Source of the DNA: Eubacterium sp. | GTDB lineage: Bacteria; Bacillota; Clostridia; Lachnospirales; Lachnospiraceae | DNA length: 64,000 nt | NCBI GenBank assembly: GCA_017434385.1 | Contig: JAFRFJ010000040.1 | Location: 9,252-73,251, forward strand | Direction: 5' to 3' | Shown: positions 57,232-64,000 of the stretch, piece after piece | How the letters are laid out: the number at the start of each line of letters is the position of its first letter | How positions within the stretch are numbered: position 1 is the stretch's first letter | Notes under the pieces: model-generated | Seen by the model: the letters and a program-made list of their open reading frames with translations, nothing else | What the model was told of the DNA's origin: nothing | Database searches by the model: none | Position numbers and translations under genes: made by a program

Positions 57232-57279
57232 AAAATAAAGAAACCGGAAAACGCTTTATTTATCGGCGTTTCCCGGTTT
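57232..57279 (-). terminator. Terminator-like hairpin downstream of the tRNA 3' fragment
   Basis: Minus strand AAACCGGGAAACGC-N11-GCGTTTTCCGGTTT-CTTTATTTT. Confidence 0.6.
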
Positions 57280-57287
57280 TTTCCAAA

Positions 57288-57307
57288 CAGGGGATGAGAG
57301 AATCGAA
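57288..57307 (-). mobile_element. att-like duplicated tRNA 3' end (probably tRNA-Trp) marking an island boundary
   Basis: Minus strand TTCGATTCTCTCATCCCCTG = T-loop, T-stem and 3' acceptor strand with no preceding tRNA body; adjacent to an integrase remnant. Confidence 0.65.
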
Positions 57308-57402
57308 GCGCGGGGACAATTTCAAATATGGCTTATTTAAGCCGTATTTCGCCATTTTGATTATATAACTTTTGGTAAAAAAGTTATATAATTTGAGACC
57401 AT

Positions 57403-57772
57403 TTAGGTATATGAAACCGCCCGCTCTATGAGTTTTATTCTCTCATTATCATCCGTTATATCATAATGATAAAAATTATGAGTTGTTGAAATCTGCCTAT
57501 GTCCAAGCTGACTCTGGACAATAGCTTCACCGACTTTTTTCTCTAAAAGATTACTTCCATAAGTTTTTCGGATCTTATGTACAGTTCTCTCTGGAATCCC
57601 TAATTCTCTGCAAGCCTTTTTCATTGACTTCAATAACATACTTTCCAGTTTTCCTATCTTTATAAACAATTTGTATACGTCGTATTTCCAAAAAGAATCT
57701 TTCAGTGTTATCAGACTTTTTTAAAGTGCTTTCACCAATTCCTTTCTGCATACAATCAAAGCAAAAGGCCAT
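57403..57772 (-). pseudogene. Tyrosine recombinase/integrase remnant (frameshifted, internally deleted)
   Basis: C-terminal catalytic motifs TVHKIRKTYGS (HxxR), LGH, and Y in HNFYHY; upstream frame carries EIRRIQIVYKDRKTGKYVIEV; no intact N-terminus. Confidence 0.82.
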
Positions 57773-57847
57773 CTACCTGTTTCAGGCAAATGACCTAACT
57801 AATAGATATCCTTTTTCTAACCACTTCAACTTTAGTATATATCTTAC

Positions 57848-58423
57848 CTAAATATGTAGCCCAAATGAAGGGTCTGCTGCAAACCATGTTTCAACATCCC
57901 GATCATTTTCGTCATCTATGGGATCATCCCAACCAACATTATCTATCCAAGCAATCCCAAATACGTATCGTTCTGTTTGGGTATTTGGAAAAATCAAGTA
58001 AGACATGCCATTCTCTAAATAATCGGCATCATAATCGTACTCATCTGATACCCTGGTTCCATCGCAATAATACCCTGCTATGCACTCAATCCCTATAGAC
58101 ATTTTATATCGTTGGTCGTTATAGAAGCTTTGACATTCTAATCGTTCTCCTCCTTCCGGAAAGCTCTTAAAAGAACAATTCGAATCGAAAACACAGGATA
58201 TAGTATGTTTCTTATTATCAGGCTTAAATCTAACAACGATTTGAAATCTGTTTACAATATCGGGCCATAAGACCTCATCTATTGAGCCTTTCCGGGCTGT
58301 ATAAGGAACGGGTTTCCCGTCTATCAGAATTACTATATCACCAAAAGGGGTTTTTAATTTTTTTATATCCATTTTTCCGGTCTCCTGATTTTCATATATG
58401 CCATTTTCTCTCTTCCACATCAT
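57848..58423 (-). CDS. Hypothetical protein (island)
   Basis: 191-aa ORF; no recognised motif. Confidence 0.6.
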   Translation of the reverse strand: MMWKRENGIYENQETGKMDIKKLKTPFGDIVILIDGKPVPYTARKGSIDEVLWPDIVNRFQIVVRFKPDNKKHTISCVFDSNCSFKSFPEGGERLECQSFYNDQRYKMSIGIECIAGYYCDGTRVSDEYDYDADYLENGMSYLIFPNTQTERYVFGIAWIDNVGWDDPIDDENDRDVETWFAADPSFGLHI

Positions 58424-59117
58424 ATTCTTTTTTTAGAAATGACGTGATCTTCTCATAATCATGACGATCAAATTTCCAATTCACTTCTGTTATCCATTTG
58501 ACCCCTTCTTTGCTTTTGTAGAGTTTTCTATCATAGTTCATTCTGCGCATAAAGCACTCTTCTCTCCAATGATTGTCTATCCAATCGTTTAATATGGTTG
58601 CATCTTTTGCTTCGAACTCTTCCAAGAACCAAACAGGGGTATCTGCCCCGTAGACTTCCCATCTTTCTTCCGGAAGTATATCCTTACATTTACATCCACT
58701 TTTTATCCAGGTTTCATTTTCATCTGGTTGGTGAATCACTCTGCCCAAACGATCCCAATATACATAATCGTTATCTTTACGGATATAAGCAACCAGCAAC
58801 AAGCAATCTAAGTCTTCACAACAATCGGGGCAGGATAGGACCGGTACTACTTCATCCTCCGAAGACTCCACCAATTCCCATATAAAATCCCATGATCCTT
58901 TCCAATAATAATCTACTATCCAGCAAAATGCCATCTCTTGTAAAAGATTATTTCCCTTCTCAAAAGGCCCCCATACTGAACCTTTAAGGTCACCTGCTAT
59001 GCACTCACTAAAATACTCATAAACCGGGACATCGTCAACATGCAGATCATGCCATATACAGTATTCATTTTCCATACGTTTACAAGAAATCTTATTAACC
59101 ATTACTGACACCCTCAT
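58392..59117 (-). CDS. Hypothetical protein (island), Cys cluster LSCPDCCEDLDC
   Basis: 241-aa ORF with GGGA RBS; acidic and aromatic-rich. Confidence 0.6.
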   Translation of the reverse strand: MRVSVMVNKISCKRMENEYCIWHDLHVDDVPVYEYFSECIAGDLKGSVWGPFEKGNNLLQEMAFCWIVDYYWKGSWDFIWELVESSEDEVVPVLSCPDCCEDLDCLLLVAYIRKDNDYVYWDRLGRVIHQPDENETWIKSGCKCKDILPEERWEVYGADTPVWFLEEFEAKDATILNDWIDNHWREECFMRRMNYDRKLYKSKEGVKWITEVNWKFDRHDYEKITSFLKKEYDVEERKWHI

Positions 59118-59345
59118 TATCGTATCCCTTTTTTCTTTGTATCCTGGTTTATCATTTTAATTCTTTCTGATTTCGTCGTTTCCGGAATGACTGTAATAAA
59201 CACTCCTTCTTGTCAAAATCCCATGTTCATCATCGATTATTATGAAAAAATCTGCTGGATAAAAATAACAACAAAGGGAATCATCCATCACTAAATATAA
59301 ACCATCTTTATCACAATCGATAGCTTTATACTTGCCCGATTTTCC

Positions 59346-60077
59346 TTACATTAAATCATTAAGCTTAATAATATCTTCAGTACCATTTAGTTCTGCCCAC
59401 CGTGCTGTTAACAATCGTGCATATAATGTTGGCTCAAGTCCGTAAGCTCCTAGAGAATATCCGTCATTAACCTCAATTAGGATTGTTCGTCCATCGTCCG
59501 TTACGCCAAAATCCATAGCAAACCCAGCCGGCATATCAGGGTAATCATTTACTGCTGCATCTATTACAGCGCGATCACATTCTAGCTCACAATCTCCGTA
59601 ATAGAAATGTATCCCGATGACCTGACCATATATTAGAAAGCATCTCCACTCAGAAACAAGACTGACCACTTCACTGCAAAAAATCTCTGTCTCCGGATCC
59701 AATAGCCGGTATTCTTCCAAGTCTTCCTTTGATTTGACTACAATGCCAGGAGCAATCTTTTCCTCGACCGGTTTTATAAAGACGGGAAATTTTTCATTAT
59801 GAATGTCCTTCAATCTAATCTTCCATATCTTTCTTCCCAAGAAATCAACCAGTTCCTCCGGGTAATCAAGATATTTCGGTACAATGCCTCTTTCATTTAA
59901 AGCATGCCATACCATGAACACTCCTCCTACAACGACATCCTCAGGATTTCTCCTGTCAAATTCTTCATTTGTCGTGAACAAAACTGGCTCAACACCCAGC
60001 TTCCGGAAACCATCATATGCAATTTGGCAATCAATATTATAGGGCTTCTGCTGGAAACTATGAATAAATGCTCTCAT
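59346..60077 (-). CDS. ATP-grasp domain protein (DUF4343 / R2K-like)
   Basis: DYPEEL..FLGRKIW, FIKPVEEK, EWRCF, AMDFGVTDDG.TILIEVNDGYSLGAYGL. Confidence 0.82.
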   Translation of the reverse strand: MRAFIHSFQQKPYNIDCQIAYDGFRKLGVEPVLFTTNEEFDRRNPEDVVVGGVFMVWHALNERGIVPKYLDYPEELVDFLGRKIWKIRLKDIHNEKFPVFIKPVEEKIAPGIVVKSKEDLEEYRLLDPETEIFCSEVVSLVSEWRCFLIYGQVIGIHFYYGDCELECDRAVIDAAVNDYPDMPAGFAMDFGVTDDGRTILIEVNDGYSLGAYGLEPTLYARLLTARWAELNGTEDIIKLNDLM

Positions 60078-60106
60078 GCTTATCTTCTCCTGAAAATGAT
60101 GATTAA

Positions 60107-61175
60107 CTATGAATCCATTGTTTTTACTACTCCAATAAATACCGGGATTCCGGTATGACTTTGATATATTGCGAAGATGAACGGTCTGTCTAAATAGACT
60201 TCATATCTATCTTCGAGAATGCATCCCGCCACAGCAATTATTCCGGTAATCACTGCCGCTCTGGTTCCCTTCCTGCTTACCTCTATGTATGATTTTTGGA
60301 CAACTCCTTCAACATAGGAACCATCGATAGTGATCATATTTTGGAGATTTGATCTTGTCTGATCAAATGCAGAAGAAACCCCTAGCTCATTTAATATTCC
60401 GGACAAGTCTTTTTCATACTCAAACCTGTACTCTGGTATTTTCACATCTACTTTGGCACGGCGCGCTTTCCAAAAAAGCATACTCCATTCTTCTGCAGAC
60501 ATCTCACTTAAAACGCTTTCTACAGAATAGCCTTCATTCGGCAATAGGCCTGCAAAATAATACTCTTTTTCTTTATATGGTTTTAAAAAACCGGTCACTT
60601 TACTGTTAATGAGCAGAGTTCTCTCCTCACTACAAAGCATTTGCAGTTTTAAGCTGTGATATTGTTCTATTGGAATCCTCGATGAGAGATTTCAGCCCCT
60701 CTGCAACACAAAGATGCTGATTATTAAAAAAAGCGTTTATCTCCTTTTGTGTATCACCATCTGAGGCTTCAAGAAGTATCGACATCGCAAACATCAATGA
60801 CAACGGTGATATCATTATGTTTTTTTCTGGCTGCTCATTTTTCGTCATTACCTTATCCACGAGTTTGGACATGATATCGAAATACACTGACCTCATTTCT
60901 TCAGACACTACTGCGGGTTTACCTATCTGCTCTTTTTTGGTCTCACACATAGACTTTATATGTTTTGAACCTATATCAACAGCCAGCATATTTTCTATAC
61001 CGATCATCAACCAATACAAATTATCATAATGATGGAGCGGGGTATCTTTTGTTCCATATGCAATATGATCCAGCTTCCGCCGATTATAAAATTCTACTTT
61101 CCAATCCAGATCTCTGTCATTAATTTCATCATCTGTGTATTCTTCGAAGAAAATACCACTAAGTTCCTGGTGCAA
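60107..61175 (-). pseudogene. Serpin family gene split by an internal deletion and frameshift
   Basis: 61175-60630 has NIMISPLSLMFAMSILLEASDGDTQKEI...LKTANAL*; 60640-60107 has GFLKPY, VKIPEYRFEY, VQKSYIEVSRKGTRAA (hinge), YLDRPFIFAI; the central serpin region is missing. Confidence 0.85.
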
Positions 61176-61379
61176 AATGTCGTTTACACAAGACTTGACT
61201 ATAGTATATTTTTTGAAATCCCATTGTCTTTAATTACAAGTGTTCCATCACTATTGATGTCAATAATAATGACAGATCCTTGATACGGAATATAAGTTAT
61301 TATTGCCCTCTTAACCAGATTTAGTCTTAGCTTCAGATTTTTATGCATTCTTGTCATCACTCCTTAGTCTATCTTCGCC

Positions 61380-61940
61380 CTACACAATTTGTCCTAATTC
61401 GATTTGTTCCCCTTCTGGCATATAATACTGTACATTCGAAAGAGAAAAATCTTCACGGACGTCAAACAAATATTTTATAAGGGACTCTTCTGACATACAT
61501 ACGGTAATATCACCATTATCGACTATGCCGTACATGCCCTGATTTGTAGAAAACACTAATCCGATAATTGAAGTTGAACTGTGAAGAATCTCTGCTTTTT
61601 CGATGACTGTATCATCGAAACTAATATACTCTTTCCAAATCAAATCCTCAGACCAGTCAAGCTCTGGTGCTTCTCCAAGCCATGTGGGCTTTTCAGAAGG
61701 AAAAAGAACATTCCATAAAACAGATATACTATGAAATGACTTTGTCACCACAGACAGCATCCCGTTTTCAAATTCAATTATAATAGGGGTTTCTTCGAAC
61801 CAACTATTATCCGGTAAATCCCACACCCCGAAAACCCGGAGGACTCTCTTTCCGAGCAAAGAATAAAACAATTCATGATAATCATTTTGAAAGTCACTTC
61901 TATCTGTATAGTATTTAAAAGGGTAATCCATCGCTTGCAC
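61380..61940 (-). CDS. Hypothetical protein (island)
   Basis: 186-aa ORF; no recognised motif. Confidence 0.6.
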   Translation of the reverse strand: MQAMDYPFKYYTDRSDFQNDYHELFYSLLGKRVLRVFGVWDLPDNSWFEETPIIIEFENGMLSVVTKSFHSISVLWNVLFPSEKPTWLGEAPELDWSEDLIWKEYISFDDTVIEKAEILHSSTSIIGLVFSTNQGMYGIVDNGDITVCMSEESLIKYLFDVREDFSLSNVQYYMPEGEQIELGQIV

Positions 61941-61949
61941 CCCCTTATA

Positions 61950-62345
61950 TTAAAAATCTATCAAATAAATCCCTATGCTGATCTGTGTAAATGTCCCCCG
62001 TTTTTTAATATCATTGATCTTTGCAACCAGTAGTTTTCCGGCATCCATGAGGCGTGAAAAGACGATGTTATCCTTTTCGGGTATATATCCAAGTTTAATA
62101 CCGGATTCGGTTAATACCAGGATAGCATTTTCATCAAATCTGTTATCCTCGCGTTTCAGGATCAGCTTATCCTTTACTTTGATCTGATCCAGGACCGACT
62201 GGTCTTTCAGATGGGTTGTTCCGGCTACAAAGGTATCAAAAAGATGAATTTCACGAATCAGGGGCTTTATTAACTCTCCCGGTTTATTGTGTTCTATTAT
62301 CTCGACAAGCCGGAAATCCTGTCCGGGACTTAGTTCATTAGCCAT
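61950..62345 (-). CDS. Stand-alone HIRAN domain protein
   Basis: FVAGTTH, LILKREDNRFDENAILV, KLGYIPEKDN.VFSRLMDAG. Confidence 0.9.
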   Translation of the reverse strand: MANELSPGQDFRLVEIIEHNKPGELIKPLIREIHLFDTFVAGTTHLKDQSVLDQIKVKDKLILKREDNRFDENAILVLTESGIKLGYIPEKDNIVFSRLMDAGKLLVAKINDIKKRGTFTQISIGIYLIDF

Positions 62346-63112
62346 CGTAATTTAATACCCCCTTCGCTAAGAATTTGAGATATTATTTCATCCAGTTCTT
62401 CATGATACTTTTTATAATTAACCAGTTCTTCCTGCAATGCAGCTTTTTTCTTTTCAATTGCCTGTTCATCTTCAATCAGAGATTTGTAATTGTAGGGCTC
62501 ATTATGGATAATGTCTTTAATTTCTTTATGCACAACAAGGATACGTTCTTCAATATCGGGAATATGGATCTTCTTATCACCTGAATTAGTCTGGTTTAAG
62601 GCTTTCCTGACCAGAACCTCCAATTCCGTCAATTCCTTTATATCGTTGAAATTGTAGGCAGTTACGATTCTCTGCCACAATTCTTTCAGTTCATCCCGCT
62701 GCACTGTCTCGGGATTGATATCCGGATGAATCAATTTAGCAAGACGCCGATATAACGTTTTTGAACGTCTGACTTCATATTCCCCAGCAGCTTTCAAATC
62801 CTTGCAATTATTATATTCTTCGATTTTCTGCTTCAAGCTTTGATAATATGGAGCCATCTCCTTTTCCAGATATTCCTGCATGGCAGCCATATCGACCAGG
62901 CCTCCATGGTTGATCTGATACTGATAGTAGGCAATGATCTTCTTACATTTTATACATTCGATTTTTTCTTTATAAACATCAGAAATCAACCGGCCAAATA
63001 GTTTTGTATAGGAAATCCAAATCTGACCGGCTTCTTTTCGCAGCCGGTCTCTTTCAAGAAGAAGACTTTCATATTCCTCATATAGTGTGTCAGCGTTTCT
63101 TATAAGACTCAT
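62330..63112 (-). CDS. Coiled-coil protein with internal J-domain-like segment (HPD motif)
   Basis: SKTLYRRLAKLIHPDINP...ELWQRIVTAYNFND; flanked by predicted coiled coils. Confidence 0.8.
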   Translation of the reverse strand: MSLIRNADTLYEEYESLLLERDRLRKEAGQIWISYTKLFGRLISDVYKEKIECIKCKKIIAYYQYQINHGGLVDMAAMQEYLEKEMAPYYQSLKQKIEEYNNCKDLKAAGEYEVRRSKTLYRRLAKLIHPDINPETVQRDELKELWQRIVTAYNFNDIKELTELEVLVRKALNQTNSGDKKIHIPDIEERILVVHKEIKDIIHNEPYNYKSLIEDEQAIEKKKAALQEELVNYKKYHEELDEIISQILSEGGIKLRWLMN

Positions 63113-63999
63113 TCAATCACCTCAAAATCGTATAATCTGTCATAAATTCTTGCCAGACGGGAGATGCCCGGAAGGCTTGATTTCTGCAGATATTCATGGA
63201 TAGATCGGTACCATTTATCCTCTGATTTAATATAAATGTTGCCATTTTCCTCTATTGCATTAACCTGAATCTCAGCCTCCGGATCACTGCATTTAAAACG
63301 AATACTTGCAGATCTGTTCATAAAATAGTAAAGATCATAAAAATGAAAGGCTGTATAATCAAATGGTATGATGGAATAAACGTCCTCTATTATTTCTTTC
63401 ATCAGAAGAAAATTATTCTCATTCCTACTATAGGATATCCTCTGTTCCAGAAAGCTTCTTGCATGAGTGTAAAGGGGCAACGCGTCATCCAAATCTCCCT
63501 CCTCCACGTGGATCCTGGCCATTCTGAGATATACTTCCGGAACAGGTTCATCCAGCTTAGTTAGGTTACGAATTTCGAAAAAGAGCTTATTGATGAGTTC
63601 TTTATAGTGTTCATAATCCTTCTCAACATAGAGCCCATCACGGTACATGTCAGCATACTGCTGGGCAGCGCAGAAGTCTCCCCGGATCATGGATTCATGA
63701 TAGCAGTGAAATGCTTTTTCGTAATCTACAGTACCATTCTTTCCGTAATACCAGATATCTCCAAGGTTTAACCATGCGTAGAGATTATCACTCTCGATGG
63801 CTCTCTCATAACATTTTTGAGCCAGATCATACCTGCCTTGTCTCCCATAATGAAGTCCAAGACTGACAAGAGGATACTGAGGGTCATCACTCCTTGATAT
63901 CAGATATTGCAGGGCTTCTTCATAAATCAGGTCATCAACCTCATCCGGATCATCGTTGCGTGTATAGATTCTGCAGATACTGAGTGCCTCTTCTTTGTT
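63109..63999 (-). CDS. SEL1-like repeat protein, 5' end beyond the window
   Basis: Frame stays open from 63690 to the edge: LGLHYGRQGRYDLAQKCYERA...AWLNLGDIWYYGKNGTVDYEKAFHCY...AAQQYADMYRDGLYVEKDY. Confidence 0.88.
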   Translation of the reverse strand, partial: NKEEALSICRIYTRNDDPDEVDDLIYEEALQYLISRSDDPQYPLVSLGLHYGRQGRYDLAQKCYERAIESDNLYAWLNLGDIWYYGKNGTVDYEKAFHCYHESMIRGDFCAAQQYADMYRDGLYVEKDYEHYKELINKLFFEIRNLTKLDEPVPEVYLRMARIHVEEGDLDDALPLYTHARSFLEQRISYSRNENNFLLMKEIIEDVYSIIPFDYTAFHFYDLYYFMNRSASIRFKCSDPEAEIQVNAIEENGNIYIKSEDKWYRSIHEYLQKSSLPGISRLARIYDRLYDFEVIE

Positions 64000-64000
64000 C

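Noticed and set aside
57288-57307. Complete tRNA gene
   Set aside because: Only the last 20 nt are present; no D-arm or anticodon arm upstream. Called as an att-like fragment instead.
1-64000. CRISPR array
   Set aside because: By eye I found no run of 25-40 bp direct repeats with unique spacers, including all intergenic gaps around the cas genes. A dedicated tool should confirm, since very degenerate or single-repeat units could be missed.

Overview
Chromosomal window, most likely from an anaerobic Firmicute (Lachnospiraceae-like, inferred from gene content and AGGAGG ribosome-binding sites). Left to right: a Moco-riboswitch-controlled molybdenum cofactor and molybdate uptake operon (590-8590); a six-gene surface-polymer-like cassette with racemase, ATP-grasp ligase, cytidylyltransferase, TagF-like transferase and an MFS transporter fused to a catalytically dead C39-like domain (13033-18990); a TetR-controlled MFS plus ABC efflux unit with visible operators; accessory metabolic genes (pepF, nitroreductase, CASTOR/POLLUX-like channel, ADP-ribosylglycohydrolase, pyk); an AarF/UbiB kinase surrounded by three paralogous small Cys-rich proteins (40607-43163); a compact type III-D-like Cas module (csx20-cas10-csx10-like fusion-csx19, 46608-50748) lying between a flavin reductase and a MATE transporter, with no CRISPR array, cas6, cas1/cas2, separate Cas7 backbone genes or CARF effector in this window; two double-glycine-leader peptide genes sharing an upstream motif; and, from about 57288, an AT-richer island bounded by a tRNA 3'-end att-like fragment and a broken integrase, carrying a broken serpin and a SEL1 / J-domain / HIRAN cassette that runs off the right edge. 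Several genes show internal deletion scars. The reduced type III-D-like module is the strongest candidate for an undescribed system. All family assignments come from motif recognition by eye; no searches were run.
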